Assembly (NCBI GenBank): GCA_945865405.1
Contig: CAMBDS010000012.1
Span: 2,383-66,382, forward strand
Direction of reading: 5' to 3'
DNA from: Caldithrix abyssi DSM 13497
Lineage (GTDB): Bacteria; Electryoneota; AABM5-125-24; Hatepunaeales; Hatepunaeaceae
DNA length: 64,000 bases
Part shown: positions 45,477 through 55,185 of the stretch, one piece after another
Layout: each line of letters opens with the position of its first letter
Numbering within the stretch: the first letter of the stretch is position 1
Made by a program: the position numbers and the translations under genes
Notes under the pieces: generated by a model
What the model was told of the DNA's origin: nothing
The model's input: the letters and a program-made list of their open reading frames with translations, nothing else
Database searches by the model: none

Positions 45477-46235
45477 TTAAAAGAGCCACGCCAGATACTG
45501 TTTCATAAATCTGATCACGGCACCCAAACCTTCAGTGTTCTCAACCTTATTCCAGAGGCCGTGAATTCCGAGTAGGATATTGAACAAGATCATGACAGCG
45601 ATGAGGATTCCAATCACAATGGTCGATATTTTACGGTACCGCTTGAGACTCGTAACACCTAGCTTATCGATAAAGAGTCGAAATCTAACATCTTCAAGCC
45701 ATCTTGGATCCATAAACAGCCCGGCTATCGCCCATCCAAGCGCTAACCACCATCCGAGAAGCATTACATAACTGGGAAAGTAAATAAAAAAGGTATTTGG
45801 TCCCATCCAAATCAACGAAGAGCTTATTCCAGCAATAAGAGCTATGTTCGTTACCTTGCGGACATTCCTGATCATGTCCCTCTCTCGCATGAGAAAGTCA
45901 CTTCCATAAGGGTTCTTTAAAGGAAGTAAGATTTTCATGCACATATCGATGAGCATTCCACCAAAGAAAGTCGCGCCAAGTGCAAGAAAAAGATTTGCAC
46001 CGATGTAATTAAGCATATACGAACGGCCGAAGAATAGCTCGGTAAACCCCAAAATTAAAAGGAACAGGAAGAAGTAAATACTCCAAAAGATTACACCCTT
46101 CTCTTGTAGATATTCTATAAAACCATCCCAAAACATCTCCCATTTCGATGGATCAGGCAGTCTTTCGTTGCAGTGGGGACATTTCCAATTAATGGGAATT
46201 TTGAGGATTAGGGTGTCGCAAGCGGCACATTTCAT
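45477..46235 (-). CDS. Hypothetical membrane protein with an N-terminal CxxC...CxxC zinc ribbon
   Basis: 252 aa. MKCAACDTLILKIPINWKCPHCNERL, then about 6 TM helices. I do not recognise a family. There is a 12-nt gap to the downstream PBP-like gene. Confidence 0.5.
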   Translation of the reverse strand: MKCAACDTLILKIPINWKCPHCNERLPDPSKWEMFWDGFIEYLQEKGVIFWSIYFFLFLLILGFTELFFGRSYMLNYIGANLFLALGATFFGGMLIDMCMKILLPLKNPYGSDFLMRERDMIRNVRKVTNIALIAGISSSLIWMGPNTFFIYFPSYVMLLGWWLALGWAIAGLFMDPRWLEDVRFRLFIDKLGVTSLKRYRKISTIVIGILIAVMILFNILLGIHGLWNKVENTEGLGAVIRFMKQYLAWLF

Positions 46236-46424
46236 CTGGATACGACTCGACTTTGGGGTTGTTTAACGACAGTTAGGCGAAACAAGGACTTTGGGGCAAC
46301 AATGGTGGCCTCAAATCCGAAAATTTCTCTTTGGTGGGGAAAGAATCAAACATGGTATAATTAAATAAATTGTTACCCGTTCGGCAAACCTTCACAGTCT
46401 GAATCAGGAGGAAGGACACTTTAT

Positions 46425-47432
46425 TCAGTGATTGAGTGTCTTGGAAATCCCCAATCTGTGAACATGACCTAATGCACCAAACGGGGCAAAAGCATAGTCG
46501 AAGGATAACCTCTTGACAAATAACCCAAGGCCAAAGGAGAATCCGGCGAATGTATCTTTACTATTTCCAACACGAAAACCTTGCCCAATACTCCGATATC
46601 CGAAACGGAGATGGAAAGGTTTTTCGGCGTTAGACGGGGTAATTTCAAACTCACCACCCGCTCCGTAGGCGATTCCGGGCTCATTCGGAAGAAAGTTTGC
46701 GTTCACATCTCCCTCACCATTTCTTCTGAGATGAACAACTGAGTATAGAGTTAATGGCAAATGTTGTAAGCGTTTCGAGGCTGCAAACGAAAGCTCGGTC
46801 GGGGTGGGGGTTTCGAACTTCTCGTCGCCTCCGAACTCACTTCCCCAATTCTTGAGTGAGATTCCGAATTTCATCTTTTCCCATTCAGGATCGTAGGTAA
46901 TTCCAATATCTATTGCTCCTGCTGCTGATGTAGTCCCGTCGAGATTTAGCCAATCGATCTTCCCGCCAATTCCCCACGCAAACCGTTCAAATAATTCGCC
47001 GGCAACTCCCACGCCAAACAGATTTTCTGAAGCATCGAACGTCCCTCCGCTACTGCCAAAACCAGATTCACTTCGATTGAACGAGCCGTATCCATACGTC
47101 TGTAGGTATGCAGCATAATTTAGCTCGCCTATTTTATCGCCAGCCAATAACCTGCCGCTCCAAATTTCTGATGGATGCTTGGCATAAGATGCAGACAAAT
47201 TGCGCGAGCTGTTGCTCAAAGATGCCACATTTTGAGACATAGCGTCTACCCTACCCGATTCAGTCAAAGCGGCACCTCCCAAGGCGAGCATACGTGAATC
47301 GGTAATCTCCATCATCAACGGAAAACCGCTTCTAAGGACTTCCGCGTTGACGTCAGAAATGAAAAGCACTGAAGCACTAACTGATATAGTTGCGACTATC
47401 GAACTAATTTTCATCATGAGACTTTTCTTCAT
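46425..47432 (-). CDS. Putative PorV/PorQ-family outer-membrane beta-barrel (T9SS-associated)
   Basis: Signal peptide MKKSLMMKISSIVATISVSASVLFISDVNA. The segment DSRMLALGGAALTESGRVDAMSQNVASLS resembles the ar..alGGa..A..dd.sa...NPA.L block. Gly/aromatic-rich strands are present, and the C-terminus reads LSFDYAFAPFGALGHVHRLGISKT. Start chosen at 47432; 47417 and 47414 are also possible. The track start at 47522 overlaps the upstream gene by 119 nt. Confidence 0.45.
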   Translation of the reverse strand: MKKSLMMKISSIVATISVSASVLFISDVNAEVLRSGFPLMMEITDSRMLALGGAALTESGRVDAMSQNVASLSNSSRNLSASYAKHPSEIWSGRLLAGDKIGELNYAAYLQTYGYGSFNRSESGFGSSGGTFDASENLFGVGVAGELFERFAWGIGGKIDWLNLDGTTSAAGAIDIGITYDPEWEKMKFGISLKNWGSEFGGDEKFETPTPTELSFAASKRLQHLPLTLYSVVHLRRNGEGDVNANFLPNEPGIAYGAGGEFEITPSNAEKPFHLRFGYRSIGQGFRVGNSKDTFAGFSFGLGLFVKRLSFDYAFAPFGALGHVHRLGISKTLNH

Positions 47433-48408
47433 GTTTGTGAGAACGGTCATTTGGTAACTCTTCCGCTTCTTCGTCCTGCCATTTCTTAAACTGTCGCCGT
47501 TTTCTGAACCATACAACGACAACGGTAACCGAGCTAAGCAACATTATGAAAACCCAGATGATTGTATCTGTGTCGAGAAAAGCATAATGTTTGTAACGTT
47601 GCTGCGCTGACTCAAGCCACTCTGATTGCCAGACTTCATACTCTGTCCCGGAGCTTTCAAGAAATGCTCTATCGAATTGTGAGCCAGAGCCAACCATGAA
47701 TAGCATATTGCGAACAACCTCCCACCCGTAACGATCCAATAGTGATTGCGCTGCGGCGTGGGATTCTGCATATGCAAGTTCGGCTTCTGCTACCGAAAAG
47801 CCAAGTACCCCATCTACTCGAGGAAGGCCCATTAGCCTATCTGCAAGTGCCGCTCTTGCCAAACGCGAAGAATATCCGATGCGTGATTCTCCCGAAAGTA
47901 CCTGGGCGAATCCTTCGTTGAACCAGCGCGGCATTCCATGACCACCAGATGCAGCGTCAATGAGTATATGCGCCAATTCGTGAGCGGTTAAGATGGAGAG
48001 TGGCACGTTTTGATCGAAAAAAAGAGGTGTTTTTACTACAATTCTTCCCTCTGTTGGAATAGCAACTCCTCCTGCCCAATCAGGAACACTGCCGGGTGTT
48101 AACCACATAAAATCCGATTTTGTGAGCGGAAGCTCAATCTGAATTTTATCTGGAAGCCTCGTTCCGAGCAACAGCTCCATTTCTGGTACAATGTTTCGGA
48201 GTTCGCGATCAAGGTCTTCGATGACATTCGCATCATTTCCCGCATACAAATAGACATACGGTGGCAGATTGTAGCTGTGATAGGTTCCACGATCAGGTGC
48301 ACCTAACGATGATCGGCAACACAACAACCCTGCGAGGAGGAAAGCAAAATCAAGGCGTAAGCGTAGGGTCACCTTATTCGCTTCACGCTTCAATTGGATC
48401 GACATCAA
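47404..48408 (-). CDS. MA-clan (gluzincin-like) zinc metallopeptidase with signal peptide and C-terminal TM anchor
   Basis: 334 aa. HELAHILID (HExxH) followed 20 residues later by WFNEGFAQ (third-ligand Glu), the Peptidase_MA_2-like pattern. C-terminal TM IIWVFIMLLSSVTVVVVWF, then a charged tail. Confidence 0.65.
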   Translation of the reverse strand: MMSIQLKREANKVTLRLRLDFAFLLAGLLCCRSSLGAPDRGTYHSYNLPPYVYLYAGNDANVIEDLDRELRNIVPEMELLLGTRLPDKIQIELPLTKSDFMWLTPGSVPDWAGGVAIPTEGRIVVKTPLFFDQNVPLSILTAHELAHILIDAASGGHGMPRWFNEGFAQVLSGESRIGYSSRLARAALADRLMGLPRVDGVLGFSVAEAELAYAESHAAAQSLLDRYGWEVVRNMLFMVGSGSQFDRAFLESSGTEYEVWQSEWLESAQQRYKHYAFLDTDTIIWVFIMLLSSVTVVVVWFRKRRQFKKWQDEEAEELPNDRSHKHEEKSHDEN

Positions 48409-50830
48409 TTGAAATCTTCAACTTATCGCTACCGAAAGCCCGGACAATTTTCTCGGAGGTCATTTTGATTGCTTCTTTTGTCGTCAAGGTCTTAGATCCG
48501 CCATGCACCGGTAATTTAATCATAAGTCGCCTTCTATAAAGCCCTTCCAATCTTTCTATTTCCGGAATAGTTGGCCCCAATAGTGACGTATCTGGTAACT
48601 CAGTCAGCATTACATCACGGAATTTTTCACTTGCAGAAGTAACCAAGTCGCGTTCTTCAGCGCGAAGTGTTATTCCTACCAACCTGCCAAAAGGCGGATA
48701 ATGGTGCGGGTTTCTGAAGGCTATTTCCGCCTCGTAAAGTGCTAAATAATCTGCAGATTGAACCCATTTTAACGCTGGGTGACTTGGGTTCAAGCTTTGG
48801 ATCACCACTTCCCCGCCTGTCATTGACCTGCCTGTCCGGCCTGAGGCCTGTACCATCAATCTAAATCCACGTTCGAGGGATCTGAAATCGGTCTGTTCAA
48901 TTTCAAGATCTGCTCCAAGTATTCCAACGAGAGTTACGTTCGGAAAGTCGTGTCCTTTGGCGACCATCTGAGTTCCTAGTAAGATGTCGAAGTTGCCATT
49001 TGCTACTCCTTTTAGCAATTCAGCGGGTCCCCCGGCTTTGCGAGATGTATCGAGGTCGAGTCTGGCAACCCTTGCATCAGGAAAGAGTAACTCAAGTTCT
49101 CGCTCAACCCGCTGTGTCCCTACTCCATTGTACTTCAATCTAATGCTATTGCACGAAGGACAACGATCTATCAAGCGCTGACGATACTCGCAATAATGGC
49201 ATTCAAGTTTTGCATCGTTTCGGTGGTAGCGCAGAGTCACGTCGCAGTTTGGGCATCTGGCAGTTGTTCCACAATCAGGGCAAAGTACTATCGTTGCAAA
49301 GCCACGTCGATTTACGAGCAAGATCGTCTGTTGCTTCTTCAGTAGCCTATCAGAAATCCTATCACGCAATTGCGGGCTAAACAAAGACCCTGATCCACCT
49401 CCACCCCACTTTACTACATTCACTTCAGGGGGAGAGTTACCTAAATGTCTCTCTTTTAACACAAGTAATTTCAGCCGCCCTTGAGAGGCATTAAAATACG
49501 AAACTATGTCTGGTGTGGCTGAACCAAGCAAAAGGGTTGCCCCTGATTGGCTTGCCCTGAAGAATGCTGCTGCCTTGCCGTTATATTTCGGCGATGGGGA
49601 ATCCTGTTTGTAGCTATCGTCATGCTCTTCATCGACTATGATCAGGCCAAGATTTTCTACCGGTGCAAACACTGCCGATCTGGGCCCGACAACTACCCGT
49701 ATCTTACCTTTACGAGTCTGTTGCCAAATGCTTTGTCTTTCCCGGTTTTGCATTCCAGAATGGATTATGCCGACCAAACTCCCGAATTTTCTTCGCAATC
49801 GCCCGGCAAGTTGCGGTGTAAGTGAAATTTCAGGGACAAGCACTATCACCCCCTTGCCCTTATCGAGCGCTTTGGCTACTGCCTCAAGATAAATGAGTGA
49901 TTTTCCAGAACCGGTTACACCATAAAGCAGAAATGCCTGGTATCCACCTTTATCTATAGCAGACGAGACGTTTTCTGCAACCTCGATCTGCATAGCTGAC
50001 AAAGTCGGTTCATCCAATGCCGTTTCTGAAAGACCTTCTTGAAACTTGTTGACTCGATCGGTTTCAACCTTGATATTCTCAAGCCAACCCCTATGGATAA
50101 AGACTCGAAGTGCTGGCACAACATTCCTTTGGTGTTGACGAATCTCATCAGCAGAATACTCGGCACCATCGAGGAACAAACTTCTCAACCTGATCTGATT
50201 AATAGCGTTACCGGGTAACGCTACATTCGCCTGTTCATTTAAGAAAAGCTCTGTTCTCCGAAAATAATCCTTAAAGGTTTGGTGAAATCGCTGACTCTCG
50301 AGATCAACTGTCTCTATCCAGCCTCGACGCTTGAACTTCTCTAAAAGGTTCAGGCCGTCTGCAATTCTGTTCTTGATCTGATTTTGCGTCAGTGGGTGGC
50401 TTGCTAATGCACGCCACAGATCTGCAGTTGTTCCCGACTCGGTATCTATCCATGGCTCTGCCATTCCGGCCTTCGACAGTTTAAAATGAGGTTTGCCCAT
50501 TGATTTAAGTCCGGAAGGAAAGGCGGCTGAAATCGCTTCTCCATAGTCGCACAAATAATATTCAGCGAGCCATTTGGTCAGAGCGAAAACATCAGAGGGC
50601 AGTAAAGGCGCATCATCAATCATTGCCAGAATGTTCTTTAATCCTTCCCTCTTTTCACCTTCGGAAATGCTGATTATAAATCCCATGCGAATAGTGGAGC
50701 CAAACAGGACTTTTACTCGACAACCTGGTTGAGCGTCACGCATCTCTTTTGGGATTAGATATGAGTAACCACCGTTGGGCAGCTCCGAGAAATGGACTTC
50801 AGCAATACGAGCGGAAATCGTCTCAAACAT
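48383..50830 (-). CDS. priA: Primosomal protein N' (replication restart helicase PriA)
   Basis: 815 aa. Walker A GVTGSGKS, DEEH box IIVDEEHDDSYKQ, and the Cys-rich zinc-binding insert CPDCGTTARCPNCDVTLRYHRNDAKLECHYCEYRQRLIDRCPSCNS. Confidence 0.95.
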   Translation of the reverse strand: MFETISARIAEVHFSELPNGGYSYLIPKEMRDAQPGCRVKVLFGSTIRMGFIISISEGEKREGLKNILAMIDDAPLLPSDVFALTKWLAEYYLCDYGEAISAAFPSGLKSMGKPHFKLSKAGMAEPWIDTESGTTADLWRALASHPLTQNQIKNRIADGLNLLEKFKRRGWIETVDLESQRFHQTFKDYFRRTELFLNEQANVALPGNAINQIRLRSLFLDGAEYSADEIRQHQRNVVPALRVFIHRGWLENIKVETDRVNKFQEGLSETALDEPTLSAMQIEVAENVSSAIDKGGYQAFLLYGVTGSGKSLIYLEAVAKALDKGKGVIVLVPEISLTPQLAGRLRRKFGSLVGIIHSGMQNRERQSIWQQTRKGKIRVVVGPRSAVFAPVENLGLIIVDEEHDDSYKQDSPSPKYNGKAAAFFRASQSGATLLLGSATPDIVSYFNASQGRLKLLVLKERHLGNSPPEVNVVKWGGGGSGSLFSPQLRDRISDRLLKKQQTILLVNRRGFATIVLCPDCGTTARCPNCDVTLRYHRNDAKLECHYCEYRQRLIDRCPSCNSIRLKYNGVGTQRVERELELLFPDARVARLDLDTSRKAGGPAELLKGVANGNFDILLGTQMVAKGHDFPNVTLVGILGADLEIEQTDFRSLERGFRLMVQASGRTGRSMTGGEVVIQSLNPSHPALKWVQSADYLALYEAEIAFRNPHHYPPFGRLVGITLRAEERDLVTSASEKFRDVMLTELPDTSLLGPTIPEIERLEGLYRRRLMIKLPVHGGSKTLTTKEAIKMTSEKIVRAFGSDKLKISIDVDPIEA

Positions 50831-51485
50831 CTATGTGGCTCTCAAAGGTGTAGAGAACCGTAACACCACCCATAAGACGTCGTGCTCGAACGTTCTTCAA
50901 ATTTGCGTTTATTAGCTCCAGCCTAATTACTTCCGGTTGCGGGAATGCCAAAATTGTACGTGACAGATACTTGTATGCTTCAAAATCACTGGCAAGAATC
51001 CCGCCGATGAGAGGCAGGATGTACTTGATGTAAATATAAACTGGATAACCGAGCATTCTGGTTCCCGGAGGAGAGAAATCGATCAATGCCCCCTTCCCAC
51101 CATTGACAAGAACGCGGGTGATTTCATCGAAAACCGATTCGCGGTCTCTCAAATTTCGTAAAACAAATGCAGAGACTACTCTATCTATACTCGCAGACCT
51201 TATTGGAAGTTTCTCTCCAACGCCTCGAATTCCAATAAAGTTATTGCTCGCCTGTTGCAACATACGAATTTCCGGATCGATTCCAATTTTTATGACATTT
51301 GAGTGAGTCAAATCGAGCAGCTCTCCAGGACCCGAACCGATGTCAAGTAGCCGCATTCCTCCCGACAAATGGACAGACCTGATCGCCTCTCTTCGCCAGA
51401 TAGAGTCGAGTCCAAAACTTATAATTTTATTGATTAAACGGTAGCGATGGGATATGCGATTAAATGGCTGGGAAGTGCTATTCAT
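50823..51485 (-). CDS. ubiE: Class I SAM-dependent methyltransferase, UbiE/MenG (demethylmenaquinone methyltransferase) family
   Basis: 220 aa. FNRISHRYRLINKIISFGLDSIWRREAI...LLDIGSGPGEL matches the UbiE/MenG N-terminal block plus SAM motif I. Confidence 0.6.
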   Translation of the reverse strand: MNSTSQPFNRISHRYRLINKIISFGLDSIWRREAIRSVHLSGGMRLLDIGSGPGELLDLTHSNVIKIGIDPEIRMLQQASNNFIGIRGVGEKLPIRSASIDRVVSAFVLRNLRDRESVFDEITRVLVNGGKGALIDFSPPGTRMLGYPVYIYIKYILPLIGGILASDFEAYKYLSRTILAFPQPEVIRLELINANLKNVRARRLMGGVTVLYTFESHIDV

Positions 51486-51530
51486 GGGAGGAGGTCCGAG
51501 CGTTTCAAATTCGGATTGGCTCGAAATAGC

Positions 51531-52544
51531 TCAATTGGAGGCGAAGAGATTTTGGGGGTCAAAGGTACCTGCTTTCCAACAGGCAACTTGATGTCCATTG
51601 ATCCATGTAAGGGGTGGTTCATCATTTCTACACTTCTCATCAGCGAGTGGACAGCGGGGATTAAATCGACAACCAATGGGGAAATTTAACGGGCTTGGGA
51701 CAGTTCCGTCGATCTGGTTGAGTCTTTCGCGTCTGGCACCGATATGCGGGATCGCAGCTTGTAATCCTACAGTGTATGGGTGCTGAGGCTTATGATATAT
51801 GTCGCCAACGTCACCCATCTCGACGATTTTTCCTGCATACATAACGGCCACACGGTCGGCAACTTCAGCAATGACACCCAAATCATGAGTTATCATGATA
51901 ATCGCCATGCCAAGTCGATTTTGTAGTTCCTGGAGTAATGCGAGAATTTGAGCCTGAATGGTGACATCAAGGGCGGTCGTTGGTTCGTCGCAGATGAGTA
52001 GATTGGGGGAGCAGGCGAGGGCCATTGCTATCATAACTCTTTGTCGAAGGCCGCCAGAGAGGGAGTGAGGATACTGATAGAGTCGTTGTTCAGGATCATT
52101 AATACCAACCAATTTGAACATCTCAAGAGCTTTGGCATGTGCTTCTGTCCGGCTGACATTCTGATGCAGGATGATCGCTTCCATCACTTGATCGCCGCAA
52201 GTAAAAACCGGATTGAGAGAAGTCATCGGCTCCTGAAAGATCATTGCGATCTCGTTGCCGCGAATGCTCCTCATTTTTGAGTCATCAAGATGAAGGAGAT
52301 CTATCCCGTTGTAAAGTACCTCTCCATCGACAATTTCACCCGGTGGGGTTTGGATCAGCCTCAGAATTCCAAGACAACTAACAGATTTACCGCAACCAGA
52401 TTCTCCGACAATCCCAAGAGTTTTTCCAGCCTCTACCACAAATGAGATCCCATCGACGGCACGCGAAACACCGCTATCTGAGTTAAAGTAAACTTTGAGA
52501 TTTTTTACTTCAAAGAGTGGTATTGTTGCCTTATTGATCATCAA
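51531..52544 (-). CDS. ABC transporter ATP-binding protein, oligopeptide/dipeptide OppD/DppD type
   Basis: 337 aa. [39 protein letters not shown] and CRFNPRCP. No permease or binding-protein gene is adjacent. Confidence 0.85.
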   Translation of the reverse strand: MMINKATIPLFEVKNLKVYFNSDSGVSRAVDGISFVVEAGKTLGIVGESGCGKSVSCLGILRLIQTPPGEIVDGEVLYNGIDLLHLDDSKMRSIRGNEIAMIFQEPMTSLNPVFTCGDQVMEAIILHQNVSRTEAHAKALEMFKLVGINDPEQRLYQYPHSLSGGLRQRVMIAMALACSPNLLICDEPTTALDVTIQAQILALLQELQNRLGMAIIMITHDLGVIAEVADRVAVMYAGKIVEMGDVGDIYHKPQHPYTVGLQAAIPHIGARRERLNQIDGTVPSPLNFPIGCRFNPRCPLADEKCRNDEPPLTWINGHQVACWKAGTFDPQNLFASN

Positions 52545-53477
52545 TTACCCAATGAACCGTTTACACGTTTCCAATAAAGCAGTCTTATCAATCTCATACA
52601 GTCTTGCCAACTCATCTGGCTCGCCTGAAGTTGTGAATTGACGGGGAACCGCTAACTTTTTCATTCTAGTTGGGTATTCCTCCGCAAGCACTCCGGCAAC
52701 TGCTTCGTAAAGACCGCCTTGCGAAAGATGATCTTCGATGGTGACTACTCTACCGGTTCGAGCTGCGGAGGCAACGATAGTCTCGCGGTCAAACGGTTCG
52801 AATGATGCGATGCCAATCACGTCGGCAATACCTTCGCCTAACTCCTCCGCTACTTGCAGAGCTGTCCAGACTTTATCCCCTGAGGCAACAATCGTAATCT
52901 GCGAACCACTCTTCAATCGATATGCCTTGCCGATCTCGAATGAAACAGGGGTTTTCAGGAAAATTGGTACTTTGGGGCGGTTTAGCCTGATATAGTAATA
53001 GCCAGGTTCTTCCATCACAACTTCGAGGATCCTCTTCACATGTGCTGGATCCCAGGGCGAAATGACTTTGAAATCGGGAATAAGCCGCATTCGGGCAATG
53101 TCGGTGACATCGTGAGCCGATCCGCCATCGGGACCTACAGCCACCCCCGTGTGCGAGGCTGCAATTACCAGATGGAGTCCCTTTTTTTGGCGCGCTGCAG
53201 TCAACATGTGTGCATGAGCGTGCTGGAGAAAAATCGACATGTCACAAGCAACAACTCGCTTGCCTGTCATGGCGAGACCGGTCGCAATACCAATCATGCC
53301 AGGTTCATTGATACCTACAGTGTAGAAACGTGATGGGAATGACTGCTGAAATCCTTCGCTCATCGTTGAGTTTTTCGTACCAGCATCCAACACCCTGAGA
53401 TCGTCGTAACGATTTCCAAGATCGACCAAACCTTCTCCGAAGGCTTCGCGAAGCGATTGACTTCCGAAAGTTTCCAT
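52545..53477 (-). CDS. Transketolase, C-terminal (pyrimidine-binding) subunit of a split enzyme
   Basis: 310 aa. ...FGEGLVDLG...RVLDAGTKNST...FYTVGINEPGMIGIATGLAMTGKRV. Confidence 0.85.
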   Translation of the reverse strand: METFGSQSLREAFGEGLVDLGNRYDDLRVLDAGTKNSTMSEGFQQSFPSRFYTVGINEPGMIGIATGLAMTGKRVVACDMSIFLQHAHAHMLTAARQKKGLHLVIAASHTGVAVGPDGGSAHDVTDIARMRLIPDFKVISPWDPAHVKRILEVVMEEPGYYYIRLNRPKVPIFLKTPVSFEIGKAYRLKSGSQITIVASGDKVWTALQVAEELGEGIADVIGIASFEPFDRETIVASAARTGRVVTIEDHLSQGGLYEAVAGVLAEEYPTRMKKLAVPRQFTTSGEPDELARLYEIDKTALLETCKRFIG

Positions 53478-53479
53478 AG

Positions 53480-54298
53480 TTATTTTCGCTCCGATTCAAG
53501 GCCCTTTATGTACGCTGCAAGCTCAGTCTCATTGCCGGGCGGCTTGCCATGACTACCTAATTTTCCAGCTTTCGCAGGATCCCCGCCTTTACCTTTTACA
53601 GTTTTGAATATTATCATCTTGGATTTATCTATGATGGACACCGCCTGTTGATAGGCGTCATCGACGCTTTTCCAGTCATGCCCGTCTGCCTCGATAACAT
53701 GCCATCCCCATGCTTTTCCTGCAATAGAAAGCGGGCCGATATCGACGCTGGCGTCCTGTGCGAGTCCATTGTTATTAACAATCAAAATAAAATTGCCACA
53801 CGGCTTAAGATTGTGCGGTGCTGCAAGCAATCCCAAGCTGGACGGCTCTTGCATTTCACCGTCACCGACTATACAAAATACTTTGCTCTTAAGCTCAAGC
53901 GCAGCACCGTATGCTTGCCAAAGACCAATGCCAAGACTCCCATTTGAGTTTTCGAAGCCATATTTCAAGTTGCGCACGGTGTGACCTTGAAAGTTCGAAT
54001 CAGGACGTCGATTGGTTGCGAACAACTCTTCCTTGGGATAATAGCCAAGTTCAGCATTGACCATATATTGAATCGGGCAAGCGTGGCCTTCTGATAGAAA
54101 AATCCGGTCGCGGTCAACCCATTCACCGTTCTTGGGGTCGCAACGGAAGAAGTCACTATAAACCAAACCCAGCCAGACCTCTACCAATGCAAGCGACGTA
54201 TCGAGATGGCCGGACTTGGTACGATAGATCAGCTCCATCAAATCTCTTCTGACTTGGTAAGCCTTATTGTTAAGTTCCAAATTTGATATACGGTACAT
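53480..54298 (-). CDS. Transketolase, N-terminal (TPP-binding) subunit of a split enzyme
   Basis: 272 aa. ...SGHLDTSLALVEVW...SEGHACPIQY...GSLGIGLWQAYGAAL...VFCIVGDGEMQEPS...NNNGLAQD. Confidence 0.85.
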   Translation of the reverse strand: MYRISNLELNNKAYQVRRDLMELIYRTKSGHLDTSLALVEVWLGLVYSDFFRCDPKNGEWVDRDRIFLSEGHACPIQYMVNAELGYYPKEELFATNRRPDSNFQGHTVRNLKYGFENSNGSLGIGLWQAYGAALELKSKVFCIVGDGEMQEPSSLGLLAAPHNLKPCGNFILIVNNNGLAQDASVDIGPLSIAGKAWGWHVIEADGHDWKSVDDAYQQAVSIIDKSKMIIFKTVKGKGGDPAKAGKLGSHGKPPGNETELAAYIKGLESERK

Positions 54299-54363
54299 TC
54301 GAAATTGATGCCCTCGAAAACCTTTTAAGAATCTCGAAATATTTATATAAACGAACTTCTTCC

Positions 54364-55185
54364 CTATCGTATCAGTGTAAACAACTGATCTCGTACGCTT
54401 AAGTACATTGCAACAACCGGGGCTGCTGCAAACAGACTGTCGAAACGGTCAAGTGCGCCGCCGTGTCCGGGCAACAAACTTCCTGAATCCTTAAAGCCTG
54501 CCTCTCTTTTGAGAGAAGACTCTACCAGATCGCCCAATTGACCTATCATACCTGTCGCAAAGCCAAGTACAATCGCAAGATCCCATGTAATGAGATCAAA
54601 CCACCACAATGTGAACGAAAATAACGACGCTCCGAATACCCCCCAAATAAATCCTTCCACTGTTTTCCCCGGGCTAATCGCTGGTGCCAACAAATGCTTA
54701 CCTGTCCATTTTCCAAACGCATAAGCCATTGTATCACAAGTCCAAATCGCCCCCAATAAGCCCAATGCCAACCATAATCCGGTGGAAGCAGGAAACTCAA
54801 AATTTCTGATTAGAAGAAAGCTACCACCGAGGAGTGGCGGATAAACAATTCCGCCGAACGTCGCCAGTAAATCGGTGTGCGAGCGACCTGTCAGCATGAT
54901 CGCAAGAGCCATTGTCAAAAATAACGATGCAATTGTCCATCCCAAGGCCTCCATACCACCAATTTGCCAAAGTGAGACAATTGCCAGCCCCGCCACAAGT
55001 CCTATTTCTGCCAAAGGATATCTGCCCATAGCCTGTTGCATCAAGTAATATTCATACTGTGCTGTAAATGCTATCCCTGCAATCAACGTAGCAGTCCACC
55101 AGCCTCCCAGCCAGATAGCCCCTATCAACAGCGGGATACCCCATGCCGCTACGATCAGCCGTCGGGCTAATGATCCGCCCTTCAT
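54364..55185 (-). CDS. cdsA: Phosphatidate cytidylyltransferase
   Basis: 273 aa polytopic membrane protein with the CdsA signature SSLKREAGFKDSGSLLPGHGGALDRFDSL. Confidence 0.9.
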   Translation of the reverse strand: MKGGSLARRLIVAAWGIPLLIGAIWLGGWWTATLIAGIAFTAQYEYYLMQQAMGRYPLAEIGLVAGLAIVSLWQIGGMEALGWTIASLFLTMALAIMLTGRSHTDLLATFGGIVYPPLLGGSFLLIRNFEFPASTGLWLALGLLGAIWTCDTMAYAFGKWTGKHLLAPAISPGKTVEGFIWGVFGASLFSFTLWWFDLITWDLAIVLGFATGMIGQLGDLVESSLKREAGFKDSGSLLPGHGGALDRFDSLFAAAPVVAMYLSVRDQLFTLIR

